Source: Paraspadella gotoi (lineage: Eukaryota; Animalia; Chaetognatha). Taken from it: a stretch of 59,747 bases of DNA. The DNA is taken from the NCBI GenBank assembly GCA_051294375.1, contig JBJCIZ010000044.1, forward strand, positions 1 to 59,747, in the 5' to 3' direction. Positions 20,842-39,999 of this stretch are shown here, one piece after another. Both the position numbers and the translations under genes were made by a program. The notes under the pieces are model-generated. The model worked only from the letters and a program-made list of their open reading frames with translations, ran no database searches and was not told the origin of the DNA. Numbering within the stretch: position 1 is the stretch's first letter; every line of letters starts with the position of its first letter.

Positions 20842-22092
20842 TTTTTTATCGAGCCTACCGGCGAAGCCGGTTAAGGCTCGATATTGATTCGGGTCAGCTT
20901 CTTTGTGACGTCATCGTCGTCGTCATCGTCGGCGTTACGCATTTTTATATAAAAACTACTACGCTTTTATAGTTTTGACTGTGACTTACTATTATTATAA
21001 ATTACAATGAAGTTTTATAAAAGTGTGCGATCATAGTAAGTTAAAAATTTAGATATGGCTTTTCATCTTGAAATAGCTCTGAAATTTTCATATTACATTT
21101 GGATTCAAGTATTTTTGTTTGAATTTCCACTTCATTATGATTTACTGCAATTAGATTATAGTACTCATTATAATATCCAAATTAGTATATAGAAATGCTT
21201 TATTCTAATTTACATATTGCAGTACATAAAATTGAAGATGAAATTCAAAAATTTTTTTTTAAATCTATAATAAAAATGGGAAATCAAAGGACCTTTTTAA
21301 TGAGAAGCTATATCTTAATTTTAAGACAAATAAAAATAATTTTTTTTACAAGCTATGATTGGAAAATATTGTAAAAATTTTCAATTGTAAACAATTGTAA
21401 CATTTTTTTCCTTTTTTTATTTCTTTAAATTATTTATAGATTTTTTTCCCTATTTTTGTCAGTTGCTGTTTTTTCTGAACACTAAAAAAACGAGTTCAGG
21501 TTCTGCAGTGACTGTTCAGCTGCCTTCCAGCGGCTGTCCAGCTTTGTCTCTCTTTCTGTCTCTCTCTCTCTCTCTGTACGATCTCTTGCGTGATCGTTTT
21601 TTGAAAAATTTTGATTATTTTTTTTTCTTTTTAAAAACTTTTATTATCGCCATTTATTCCGGGCTTTTTTCTCAATGCAAAATCCCAAATTTACATCCGA
21701 GATTTTTCGTGGATTTATTCTCTTTCTTTCTCTCTCTCTATCTTTCTCCCTCTTTCTCTTTCTCTCTCTCTTTCACTAATTTGTTTAATTTATGATGAAT
21801 GATTCATTGCGTCAATGAATGACTATCATCTTATCAATAAATGATTATCATCACATCAATGAATGACTATCATCGTATCAACCATTTGGTTGTTATCACA
21901 TCAATCATTTGGTTTTCATCACATCGATCATTTGGTTATCATTGCATCAATTATTGGTTATCATCGCATCAATATTTGGTTATCATCGCATCAATCATTT
22001 GGTTATCATTGCATCAATGCTTTGGTTATCATCGCATCAATATTTGGTTATCATTGAATGTAGGCTCGATCCTATTCTTTTAAGATTTTTTT
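20842..22092 (+). mobile_element. Non-autonomous Helentron-associated (HINE/DINE-1-like) element
   Basis: T-run then hairpin ATCGAGCCT-ACCGGCGAAGCCGGT-T-AAGGCTCGAT (20848-20882), a (CGT)n microsatellite, internal minisatellite, and a 3' sub-terminal inverted repeat TAGGCTCGAT (22061-22070) followed by a short TCTT-TT-AAGA hairpin and T-run. Confidence 0.65.
21820..22057. repeat. ~22-23 bp minisatellite (atcatcgcatcaatcatttggtt)
   Basis: About ten imperfect copies; degraded second array at ~32770-32990. Confidence 0.85.
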
Positions 22093-22417
22093 CTTCAATT
22101 TTAATAAGTTTGAGATAAGAGCAGAGGTTTATTTTTAATATTTATAAAATTTATTGTTTGTCAATGTTAAAAACTCTGTTTTATTAATTTTTAACAAAAT
22201 TTATACCGTTGTGATTGGTCAAAGATTTTTCCAGCCACAAAAAAAATAATTTTCACCATCAACAAAATTTTTCCCACACAAAAAAAAAAAAAAAACTTAT
22301 AGGGCTTGTAAAATTTCCCCACCCAAAAAAAAAAATACTCTTAAGTAAATATAACAAACAAAGAAAAAGAGAGAGAGAAGAAATAAAAACATTAAATATC
22401 GTAGTAATAATATCTAT

Positions 22418-22467
<50 letters not shown>

Positions 22468-23199
22468 CACTCGCAAACAACAACAACAACAACAACAACA
22501 CACAACAACACCCATACATCCTACCACAACCATAAATTCGAACGCGAAAAAATCTTGGAACCGAGAACCGAGGAAAATCGGGATATTTTTGGCGCTGAGG
22601 TCAAGTTTTTTAGCTCCGACCACATTACATAATAACTAAGCAATATCAAGCGATTTTTCTCACCTTCCTCTCGTCCTTCCTCCATTGGCTCTCGACATAC
22701 TCCAACCGCGACGTCCTTCGCTACGCCTCCCTCATTGGCCCACAAACTCAACACGTCACCACTCCTCCTTCGCTCCTTCTCCTCTCTCCTCCTCTTCCTC
22801 CTCCTCTACCCCTCCTCCTCACAAGACCACTAAAGGCTTCTAAAAGGTCAACAACGCAGTACTCGCCTATATTGGAATTACAGCCCCAGACTATCTACTA
22901 CTGGTAGCGACGAACGAGTATTTCCTTCGGAGGCTTAAAAAAACTTTATTCGTAACCAGCGCTGAACACCAAGTGGAGGACGGAATTTTTAGTGAAAGAA
23001 TTCGATACCAAATAAAATGAACGAGAGTTTATTTCAGTATAACATCGAAGGGAAATGCAATAATAATAATGAGCGCGAGAATAAATAACAATGACTTTTA
23101 TATGAACTACTTGTTTATCAAAGTAGGATGTAAACAAGAATGGAAGTTTTAAGGCCGAGAGAAATATTATTTACATTTTTGTAATTTACTAAATTCTTT

Positions 23200-24653
23200 C
23201 TCCCAATCTTCACTGCTTAAAATAAGCTTTACCCAAAAATATTAGTTAACTTACCATAAGCCCCACACCATTACCACTCTTTCTCCCTTCCTTAGATCGC
23301 TCTGGCCAATCTATCTTTTTTTTTATCAAAATAATATTCTTATGAAATATTGGTAAAATCATTTTAAATAAGAACTACTCTATTAAAAATTAGTATAATT
23401 AATAACAATAATGAAAAAATACTAAAATGTTTAATAAAATAAATTTTAGATCAGACGTATTTATGACCATTTTCCCTAAACCTTTATTCATTTTGTTTAA
23501 CATTTTTTGGTTCATTTTAGTCTGTATAACTAAGGATGTTCAGAATGTGGAACGAGTTGGTCAGTTAAATATAAATAAATAATTTGGTAATATTTCCATT
23601 CAATTGTTTCTTCTGCCTTTTTGATTGCCCATTCCCGATAACATAGTCCCTATTAATCACCAAAGTTTGCTCTCTGGTGTCTGCAGTAGGTTATGTCTTA
23701 AGCCCTGGTCCCGGCTACCAATATTGTGCATAAAAGAAAGCTGTCTTCATCAGCTTTCCTAATTTCCCCATCTCAGATCACTGTGTTGGCCAACCGTTGT
23801 GCTTTGTGCAATACTCTTAGTACAGCTGTCCCTATACATTCAGACTTTACAAAGTGCATACATCAAACCATCCAGCCCTTTCCCTTGTTGGCCGAATTTG
23901 TTCATTCAATGAAAAATTATTTTTTTATTATTATATTTATTATTAGATTTATTAAACATTTTTATAATCATATCCCTTGATAAGGATAGCTCAATCAGAA
24001 TTCAAAAGGATACAGTTAAGAGACTTTTTATCATTTGGTACCCTCACCAGTATCATATGAATAAAACAACGACAGAAGAAGACCGATAACAAAGTTTTAC
24101 CTTTTAATTATCAGTAGATGATTAAGCCCAAACAACACTGATCTTTAATAACCATTTTCATCTTACTTAACTTTATTATTGATATTTTAGTTTTCTTCAC
24201 TCTGTAATCTGTATTACTTTAAAAGTGTTTTGTTTCATGCTTTTGTTTTTTATTTCATTGTATCATCAACGGAATGGACCTATAAACGGACTTGGTTGGC
24301 CTAGTGATGTGATTGCTCGTCTCCTTCACGAATCATCCGAATGCCGACCAATCACAGACCTTACTTCAACCTTAGAATGACCAATGACGACAGAGGAACC
24401 GACGGAGGGATTGATGGTCAAAATTGTTAAGAGAACTCTAGGCATTCACCTCTACACCCAAACTCAAGAAAGAACTCTTCTTCAAATAATTATTGAACCG
24501 TTTAATATTGTCATCACCTTGTCTTAACCTTTGTCATCGTGTCATCGTTACCTATGTCATCACTCATCACCCTAATCATTGTCCGTCATTAATAAACTAT
24601 TCTCAACCAAATACTTTGCCACTTATTATTTACCTCGTTATTTGACTAAACAT
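23200..24653. repeat. Dispersed ~1.4-kb repeat with inverted copy at ~33140-34472
   Basis: e.g. 24280-24430 (aaacggacttggttggcctagtgatgtgattgctcg) is the reverse complement of 33320-33470. Confidence 0.85.
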
Positions 24654-24980
24654 NNNNNNNNNNNNNNNNNNNNNNNNNNNNNNNNNNNNNNNNNNNNNNN
24701 NNNNNNNNNNNNNNNNNNNNNNNNNNNNNNNNNNNNNNNNNNNNNNNNNNNNNNNNNNNNNNNNNNNNNNNNNNNNNNNNNNNNNNNNNNNNNNNNNNNN
24801 NNNNNNNNNNNNNNNNNNNNNNNNNNNNNNNNNNNNNNNNNNNNNNNNNNNNNNNNNNNNNNNNNNNNNNNNNNNNNNNNNNNNNNNNNNNNNNNNNNNN
24901 NNNNNNNNNNNNNNNNNNNNNNNNNNNNNNNNNNNNNNNNNNNNNNNNNNNNNNNNNNNNNNNNNNNNNNNNNNNNNNNN

Positions 24981-26282
24981 CGCTATCGCCGGCGCCGTAG
25001 TCGTCGCCATCGTCGTCGTCGCCATCGCCATCGCCGTCGCCATCGCATCCGAGTTCCGGTTGTTCGACCTAAAAGATGACTCTGTGCCTAACTGGATAAT
25101 GAAATTGAGAATGGTTTAAATATGTTATTGTGATAATTCTAAGCTGTGACCTTTTGCTTGATTTATTTAATACTGGGAATGAGTTTGACTAAGAGAATTT
25201 TTTTTTATCTTTTGTTTTTAAAGTGAACATTCGGCAAGGAACAAGGCAAAAAACGGGGGTAACTTAGTTTGTTTTCATACTGTTAACTTAAATAATTTTT
25301 TTATACTCAACAATACTTAATATAAATTGTACTGTAGATTCCATGGATGATGGTTGAACCAATGACTCGTCTTTCGTTCCTAGGAAATGAGTCCAGCAGG
25401 AGAAATACCTGAAGCTGAGAGATTTAATGAGTAAAAGCTCAGGACTTTAGGGAATCAAATATCAGGATCAATTAAAATATCAAATAATCAGAATTGATAA
25501 AGGAAAGAGACAACGGAAAACCAAGTTAGCCTGGGAGTTGGGAAGTAAAACAAAAGCGCAAAAGAGAAATGGTGCAAGAGGCAACGTCATATGTGAAATT
25601 TTTGCGCTAAAAAAAAGAGTCTCAGACAGAGTGGAGACTAATTTCAAGATAAGTTGTTGGTGGTTTCAGAGAAGGGGGCAAGTCATTAAGTCATTAAGAC
25701 ACAGCCATAACGAGAACATAGAAGACGCTTTGAAGGGTATGATTTGGAGTTTGATTTGGTAAGATTTTGGGTTTTTGTTTTGAGTTTTTGTTTCGAGAAT
25801 TTGGGTTTTGTTGCATTCATTGTATTTTGAAGCATCAAAAGGGGGAAGGCAATCCTCTGGTTTAAGTATTTGGAGTAATCCTTGTGATTCATGCTCACCT
25901 ATTTCTCTATTCCACCATCGGGTCTTGACTTGTTATTATTTTAACAAGAAGGTTTCTATGAATTTTGTAGATCCCACTTAAGGGTAGCAATTGATATTTT
26001 CCATTCAATATCTTTGGGTAAGGCTTTCAATTTCTTCCCAGGTATTCACAACAAATATAAGTTCATCCTTTGAACGTGATTTCTAACATGAAAGGGTCTT
26101 GTATCTTGTATCCCATTGCATCTATATCTGGACTTCATACGCGCCTACTAATTTGTCTATTAGAACCTTTTCTAAATTTCTCAACCCTGTTTTCTATGTT
26201 TGAAATAGATTGGGAAAACAAACGTCGGTCCAGGGGCCTTCCTCATAAAATTGAGAGTATTCATTCCTTCATATTGAATGGT
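24981..26282. repeat. Internally deleted copy of the composite repeat unit (other copies ~35870-39500 and ~49030-50555)
   Basis: Shared sequence such as ttcgttcctaggaaatgagtccagcaggagaaatacctgaag at ~25373, ~36461, ~49706. Confidence 0.9.
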
Positions 26283-31511
<5,229 letters not shown>

Positions 31512-31907
31512 ATGGTATCATTCTGAGAAAGGACAAAGAAACGGGGAGAGGGAGTGAGAGGGAGAGAAGATGCAAGAGAGAGAGGGGGAGAGAGAGAGCA
31601 AGAGAGAGAGAGGGAGAGAGAGGGAGCGAGAGAGAGAGAAGAGGAGGGCAATTTCAGCGGCGAGAGGGAGCTCAGTCAGATCTGGTTTTTTTTGTTTCCT
31701 AGCGATGCCTAGTCACGTGACTATGTGAAGTGTGCAGCAACAGCGAGGGAGAGAGATTTTGGCCTGCAGAGAGAGAGAGAGAGAGAGAAGAAGGAAAGAG
31801 AAAGAGAGACGAAATGTTCAAGAAGGGAGAGGGAGCGAAGCCTGATCACGTGACGACGAAGTCCAGAGAGAAAGAGAAGGGAGAGGTCAACGATCTTNNN
31901 NNNNNNN

Positions 31908-32178
31908 GTATTGACCTATTTTTAGAAAATTTTTGGAAAGATGAATCGTGAAGTGAAGAATGGTAAAACCCATTACAGACAACACAACGACGATTTGACT
32001 GACAATGCTTGGAGATATGACCGGGCGTCAAACAACGGAAACAAAGTCGGTGGTGTTTGGCAAATTGTTTTTTGTCATTGAAATGAAGAGTTCTGAACTG
32101 AAAACATTGAGTGACCGAGTGATCTTTTACACAAAAAAGACAGGTTACCGAGTTTTTAGATTGATGGGAAAAGAAAAT
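31908..32178 (-). pseudogene. BEL/Pao-type Gag triple zinc-knuckle fragment
   Basis: Open frame TCLFCVKDHSVTQCFQF...HHRLCFRCLTPGHISKHCQSNRRCVVCNGFYHSSLH; indel-bearing copy at ~37525-37760. Confidence 0.75.
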
Positions 32179-32332
32179 TTACTGTGTTTTCTCTGGAATT
32201 GGTCCTCTCATTATCAGCGCATATCTCCTTTGTGCGGATTTCCGATTAGATGACGGAAGAATGGGCACTGAAAACGATCCTTTATAGTTGGGGGCTGTAG
32301 TAGAGGGNNNNNNNNNNNNNNNNNNNNNNNNN

Positions 32333-33130
32333 AAGGATTATTGTAAAAATTTTCAATTGTAAACAATTGTAACATTTTTTCCTTTTTTATTTAACTTAAA
32401 AATTTATTTATAATTTTTTCCCTATTTTGTCAGTGCTTTTTTTCTGAACACTAAAAAACGAGTCAGTTCTGCAGTGACTTTAAGCTGCCTTCCAGCGGTG
32501 TCCAGCTTGTCTCTCTTCTGTCCTCTCTCTCTCTCTTACGATCTCTTTGCGTATCGTTTTAAAATTTTGATTATTTTTTTTCTTTTAAAAACTTTTATTA
32601 TCGCCATTTAATTCCGGCTTTTTCTCAATCAAAAAAATCCCCAAAATTACATCCGAGATTTTTCTGATTTATCTCTTCTTTCTCTCTCTCTATCCTTTCT
32701 CCTCTTTCTCTTCTCTCTCTCTTTCACTAATTGTTTAATTTATGAGAATGAGTCATTGCGTCAATGATGACTATCATTCTTAGTAATAAATGTTATCATC
32801 ACATCAATGAAGACTATCATCTATCAACCCATTGCTTGTAGTCACATCACATTGTTCATCACATCATCATTTGTTATCATTGCATCATTATTGGTATCAT
32901 CGCATCAATATTTGCGTTATCATCGCATCAATCATTTGGTATCATTGCAATCAATGCTTTGGTTATCATCCATCAATATTTGTTATCATTAATGAGGCTC
33001 GATCCTATTCTTTTAAATTTTTCTTCAATTTTAATAATTTGAGATAAGAGCAGAGTTATTTTAAATTATAAAATTTATTGTTTGTCAATGTTAAAAACTC
33101 TGTTTATTAATTTTTAACAAATAATTATAC
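32333..33130 (+). repeat. Second copy of the 3' part of the HINE-like element and its flank
   Basis: Colinear with ~21360-22211, including the minisatellite and aggctcgatcctattc at ~32995. Confidence 0.85.
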
Positions 33131-35869
33131 GTTGACGTTTATCAAATAACAGCGAAATAAATAAGTGCAAAGTATTGTTGAAATATTATAATGACGAACA
33201 ATATTAGGTGAAGTGATACAATAAACGAGACACGATGACAAATGTTAAGACAAAGTATGACAATATGAACGATCAAAATTATTTGGAAAAAATTCTTCTG
33301 ATTTGGTTAGAGTGAATCCTAGATTCTCTTAGCAATTTGACCATCAACCCTCCGTCGTCCTCCTTCGTCATTGGTCACTAAGCGGAAGTAAGGTCGTGAT
33401 TGGTCCATTCGGATGATTCTGAAGGAACGAGCAATCACATCACTTAGGCCCAACCAAGTCCGTTTATAGTCAATCCGTTGATGATACCATGAATAAAAAA
33501 CAAAACCATTGAAACAAAACACTTTTAAAAACAATTACAGAAGGAAGAAAACTAAAATATCAATAATAAATTAATTAAATCAAAATGGTTATTAAATCAG
33601 TGTTGTTTGGCTTAATCTCTACTATATTAAAAGTAAACTTGTTATCGTCTTTTCTGTCTTTTTATTCATATGAATACTTACTACCAAATGATAAAAAGTC
33701 GTAAAACTGTATCCTTTTGAATTCATGAAGCAACTTATCAAGATATGATTATAAAAAGTTAATAAATCTAATAATAAATATAAATAAAAAAAAAAATTTT
33801 TTCATTAATGAACATAATTCGGCCAACAAGGAAAGCTGGATGGTATTGATGTATGCCACTTTGTAAAGTCTTGAATGTATAGACAGCTTACTAAGAGTTA
33901 TTCACAAAGCACCAACGTGGCCAAACACAAGTGATCTGAGATGGGAAATAAGAAAGCGATGAAGACAGCTTTCTTATGCACAATATGGTAGCCGGGACAG
34001 GCTTAAGACATAACCTACTGCAGACCACCAGAGAGCAAAAAATTGGTGATTAATAGCGGACTATGTTACGGGAATGGGCATCAAGAAAGGCAAAGAAACA
34101 ATGAATGAAATATTTACCCAATTATTTATTTATATTTAAACTGACCAACTCGTTCCACATTCGCTGAACATCCTTGTTATACAGACTAAAATAACCAAAA
34201 AAATGTTAAACAAAATGAATAAAGGTTAGAAAAATGGTCATAAAATGTCTATCTAAAAATTTATTTTATTAAACATATTTAGTAGTTTCATTATTGTTAT
34301 TAAATTTACTAATTTAATAGAGTATTCTTATGTAAAATGATTTACCAATAATTCATAAGAATTTATTTTGATAAAAAAAAAAATTAGTTGGAGGGTTGGA
34401 GGAGAGTGTATCGGGAGCTTAGTGGTAAGAACTTAATTTTGTTAAAGCTTAGCTTTGAGGAGAGAGATTGGGCGTACTGGAAGAGGGTTACTTAGCTAAA
34501 GGTAGGTCAAACTATCTTCTCATCAGGGAAAAGAGGTAAGAAGGGTGAGAATATAATGTAATAGAGTAAGTAGCTAACAAAGGGAACAAGGTACATAAAA
34601 GGACAGAAGGGAGAGGAAGGTTGCGAGACCCGAAACCGAGAGGAGAAGTTTGAGCTAGTGAGTCCGATCTCCAAGACTCTATCCGTGACTCCGGGATGAA
34701 GAGGAGGGGACGACGAGGGGAGAGAGGCGTTGAGAGGGGAGAGAAGCCCGGGAGAGAGAGTTCTGGCGGTAGGTGACCTCGATCGTGTGCCCCTCTTGGT
34801 GCGGAGACGCCAACTCTGGTCTCTGATGTCACAGGTGGGCGTCGCACATCTGGTGTGGCGTCTGGAGTTTGTGGAGGTAGGGGCAGAGGCGGTACCGCCG
34901 CACGGTCAGGGATTTGTGGGTAGAATGCTGATGTCTTTGGGGGGCTGGAGGGAATGTGTCTTAGGTTCTAGAGGTCCGACGCTTGTCATTGTAGGTTGGG
35001 ACGGTGGCCTGGTCAGAGAGGGCGGAACCGAAGTCCCTTGAGTCTCGTGGAGGACGGGCGTAATCGCTGGTCGGTAATCGGTAACAAAAGGTGGAAGGCG
35101 GAGATTCGATTTTTTGCCTTGAGTCTTCAAGGGCGGATTGACTTTTTGGGAGGGAGTGGAGGTACAAATAGTTCTCGAGGAGAAAACCACGCCTACTGTA
35201 AATCATTCATTTCATTTAATTTTTGTCTTTTTTTTCAAAAATAAAATAAGTCACCAATGGTCTCAAAGAAAGATAATTGTGTTATAAACAATAAAAGTCA
35301 ACCCAATTCTTTTTACATATTTAACAAAGAAAAATGAGAGAGAAAAGATGGTTGAAACTATATAGACCAAACTGTAAAACTAAAAAATTAAATGAACTAC
35401 GAGATGATGAGGTACACACAATCTAAATATGAACTAGAAACGTCAATGTAATATGAAATTGTTTTTTTTTAAAATTCTAAATTCGAAACTAATGGAAAAA
35501 CGAAAAAAAATGTGTACCTAGCAATAAATCATACTGTTGAAAACTAAGAAATAAAAATGCACTACAAATGATAAACTCAGGATAAAATTATAAACTAGAG
35601 ACGGTTTCAAAGAAAGTTTAAAAAACATTTCAAAAGTCAAAAAGTAGAAATTTAAAATCCGATAACTAATAATTTATTTTCTGTAATTTAGACAGTAAAA
35701 TAGAGAAGGGCAATCTATGAAAAAATACCCATTTCAAAGCTGCAGCTGTTAACATAACCAAAGAAAAAAAAATGTAAAAACAAAAGGGGGGTGGTAAGGT
35801 TACACAGAAATGAAAGGGGGAAGCCAGTGAAAGGAGAGCGCCAATCAGATGCATGAGAAACTTGTCCCT

Positions 35870-38800
35870 CGAGTCGGCTGCAGATAACCGCTATGAGAAA
35901 AGATGTTGACGTTGATCGCGAGAACGTAAGAAAGGCGAGGATTTTGCCTGAGAGTCGCGAAGAGGTGAAGTCGAGAGGTAATTTTTTTTGTTTATTTTCA
36001 TTGATTCCGGGAGTCTATGAAGGGAGAGAGAGAAGGGAAGCGTGGATGAGGGGGAGAGGAGAGTAATGAGAGAAGGCGCCATCGCTCATCGCCGGCCGCC
36101 GTAGTCGTCGCCATTCGTCTCGTCCCATCGCCATCGCCGTCGCCCATCGCATCCGAGTTCCGGATTGTTCGACAAAAGATTGACTCGTGCCTAATCTGGA
36201 TATGAAATTGAAATGGTTTAAATAGTATTGTTGATAATTCTAAGCTGTGACCTTTTGCTTGATTATTTAATACTGGAATGATTTGCACTAAGAAATTTTT
36301 TTTATCTTTTTTTAAAGTGAACATTCTGCAAGAAAAGCCAAAAAACGGGGTACTTAGTTTGTTTTCATACCTGTTAACTTAAATATTTTTTATACTCACA
36401 ATACTTAATATAAATTGTACTGTACGATTCCATGATGATGGTGAACAAAGACTTCGTCTTTTCGTTCCTAGGAAATGAGTCCAGCAGGAGAAATACCTGA
36501 AGCGAAAGAGATTTAATGAGTAAAAGCTCAGACTTTAGGGAATCAAATATCAGGATCAATTAAAATATCAAATAAAGCAAATGATAAAGAAAGAGACAAC
36601 GGAAAACCAAGTTAGCCTGGATTGGGAAGTAAAACAAAAGCCGCAAAAGAGAAATGTGCAGAGCAACGTCATATTGAAATTTTTTGCGCTAAAAAAAAGA
36701 GTCATCAGACACAGTGGAGACTAATTTCAACATAAGTTGTTGGTGTTCAGAAGAAGGGGCAAGTCATTAAGTCATTAAGACACAAGGCATAACGAAAATA
36801 GAAGACGCTTTGAAGGTATGATTGGATTTGATTGGTAAGATTTGGTTTTGTTGAGTTTTTGTTTCGAGAATTTGTTTTGTTGCATTCATTGTATTTTGAA
36901 CCATCAAAGGGGAAGGCAATCTCTGGTAAGTATTTGATAAATCCTTGTGATCATGCCTCACCTAATTTCTCTATTCCCCATCCGGGTCTTGACTTGTATT
37001 ATTTAACAGAAGGTTCTATGAATTTGTAGATCCCCACTTAAGGTACAATTATATTTTCCATTCAATATCTTTGGTAAGCTTTTCAATTCTTCCCATATCA
37101 CAACAAAATAGGTTCATCTTTAAACGTGATTTCTAACATGAAGGGTTCCTGATAACCCTTCCTCACTCATCCTTGTAAGCCATGACAATGGTTTAGATCG
37201 AGTCTTAATTAAATTCTAAGCTATTACCTGCTCTTGCCATTCCCTGCCAACATATGTGTATTTTGTGTTGCCCAAATTTATTTCTAAACAATGTCACGAT
37301 CATATGAGGTTAAAGTTGATGTTCGTCAGCTGCTGTTGAAAATTCATATGTTCTGCTGTGTTGAAGTTTCATCGTTGGCGTTAAAGATTGTTGGGGTAAG
37401 TGCCTGTTGATTCCGGAGTTGATGTAGTTAGAGTTGTTCTTCTCGTAAATGTGACATTATAGAATTTAAGATGAGTACTCAGAGATTAAAAAAAATTTTT
37501 TAAGGCAGAGGTTTGTAACCATTCGTATTGACCTATTTAGAAAAATTTTGAAAGTAGAATCGTAAGTGAAGAATGGTTAAAACCCATACAGACAACACAA
37601 CGACGATTTACTGACAATGCTCTGAATATACCGGGCGTCAAACAACGAAACAAAAGTCGTGTGTCTTGCAAATTGTTTTTTGTCATTAAATAGAAGAGTT
37701 CTGAATGAAAAAAATTAGTACCGATGACTTTACACAAAAAAAACAGTTACCGAGTTTTTAATGATGGGAAAAGAAAATTACTGTGTTTCTCTGGAATTGT
37801 CCTCTCATTATCAGCCATATCTCCTTGTGCGGATTTCCGATTAGATGACGGTCAAAATGGCACTGGAAAAGATCCTTCTATAGTTGTGCTGTAGTAGAGG
37901 AGAAAACAGGAGAAAATTTCTTCTTATATTTTGGGGCAACCAAGGGCGGGCGGCGATTCATGAGATAATTCTGCTTGCTTTTCTGTTGTGCCTTTCACTC
38001 GATTTTAGGTCACTCAGTTCCCTTTTCTTTATTGCTTTATGTTTGCATGAATCTTTTCATTGCTCATATGCTTGTTTATTCCTGTGATCTGTGCGTGAAA
38101 TTTTTTTATTCCTTCATTTCTATTTGCCGTAACCTTTTCCTTGTTTTCTATTTATTGCTCTCCAGCATTTATGTTCGTGCAAAATGCTTGTCTTTTTCAC
38201 TAATTCCTTGTTTCTTTGTGTCGAGTTTCACTGAATTTAAATTTTATCATTTAGGTTTTCATTTCTGCTAGTTTTCTTAGTTTCTTTTATCTCTTTCTTT
38301 ATGGTCATATGAGTTCTTGTTCTTTTTTGCCTAGGTTCGTTCTCTTCTCTCTGTTCATAGACTTGATACTGGAATTTTGCTGATATTTTTTCGTTTCTGG
38401 TTTTTTCATCTCCTGAATAGTTCCTCCCTTTTAGTTTCTTTTACTCTTTAGTTATGTCATAAATCTTTTGTTTGTCTAGTCTCAGACAGTCCGTCTCCCT
38501 CTTTTGTCATACAAAGATCGAGTTGCACACTTTGGCTTGTATTTCCCATTTGATCTCTACTTCTGTGACTCATACACGCCCTTCACTATCCTCTTTTGTC
38601 TTCATTAGAACCTTTCTCAAGTTTCTCAACCACGCTGTCTTTCCTGTTTTAATATTAGATGATTAAACTAAGTCTGGTTCCAGGAGCTTCCTCATACAAA
38701 TGTTAGTAGTCTCATTCATCCTCTATTATTTGATATGGTTATCCTATTCTTCGAAAAAGGACAAAAAACAAGAAGAAACGGGAAGAGGGAGGTGAGAGGC

Positions 38801-39500
38801 GTGAGAGAGACAAGAAGAAGAGGAAAGAGAGAAGAAAGAGCAGAGATGAGAAGAGGGAGAAGAGAACTGGAGCGAGAGAGAGAGAGAGGAGGCGCCAATT
38901 TCTACGCGAGAGGAAGAGCTCAGTCGAGATCTGGTTTTGTTCTTTTCCTACCCCTGCCTAGTCACTGACTATGTGAAGTGTGCAGCAACAGCGTAGGGAG
39001 AGAGATTTGGCCTGCCAGAGAGTAAGAGAGAGAGAGAGCGAAGAAGAAAGAGAAAGTAGAGACGAAATGTTCAACAAGGATGAGGGGACGTAAGCACTGA
39101 TCAACGTGACACGAAGTCCAGAGAGAAAGAGAAGGAGAGGGTTAACCTGATCTTTTTTTTGGGTTGAAAGTCCAAAATAGGAGAGAGTATTGATAGATAG
39201 GGAGATGATGAGTGGATTGCTGAGAGCGAGAAAGATGGGGGGGCACACTAATGCGGCGAGAGGGAGCTCAGTCAGATCTGGTTTTTTATGCCTCCACGTC
39301 ACTACGTATGAAAGTCGTTGCGCAACAGGAGGAGAGAAATTTTGGTCCTGGGAGAGTAGAAGAGATGAGACTGATCGCAAGGAAAGATTGAAAGAGAGAT
39401 GAAACGTTCAAGAAGGTAGAAGGCGCGAGCCTGATCACGTGACGACGAATCCAGAGAGAAAGACGAGCGCGTCAACGATCTGTTTTTTTTTCTGTTTCGA
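35870..39500 (-). mobile_element. Longest copy of composite repeat carrying a degraded K/E-rich plus BEL-type zinc-knuckle Gag-like ORF on the minus strand
   Basis: Contains 37147-38540 segment missing from the other copies, the knuckle region 37525-37760, the empty Gypsy site near 38735 and GA-rich tcacgtgac repeats 38750-39480 matching 31517-31897. Confidence 0.55.
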
Positions 39501-39999
39501 CTTTTCAGAAGTTTCATGTCTCTGAGAGCGGGTAGTAAGAGACGGCAAGAGGAGAGATGGACGGAATTCTTTAGGGTTTGGGTGATCCTGTTCAGTATTT
39601 TTGCCAGACGGTGCTCAAACCTTGTTGCAGCTTCTTTCTCGATTGTATATGGGATATGGTTATGAGAGAAAGATGAGGCGCTCATCTAAAGCGAGTAGAC
39701 AGATAGAGAGCCCTATAGAAGATGCGATTGAAGAAAAAGCGCTAGAAAGAGATGTCTGAGATCGAGCATCGGTGCACGGTTCAAGGAGGGAGGGGTTAGT
39801 CGAAAGAATGCCGCGATCCGAAAACCATCGGTGCGAGAATAGGGGGCGGGAATCAGTGCGGCAGGAAGGAATTCGAAAGTGTGTTGAAAGCTATAGTAAA
39901 GAGGGAGTGCCCAATGAAAAAACTTAAACGAAAAAAAATGAAATAGTGCAGTAAAAATAGTGTATTCAATACAAAATCGAAATGGTTAGTTGAATTTCT

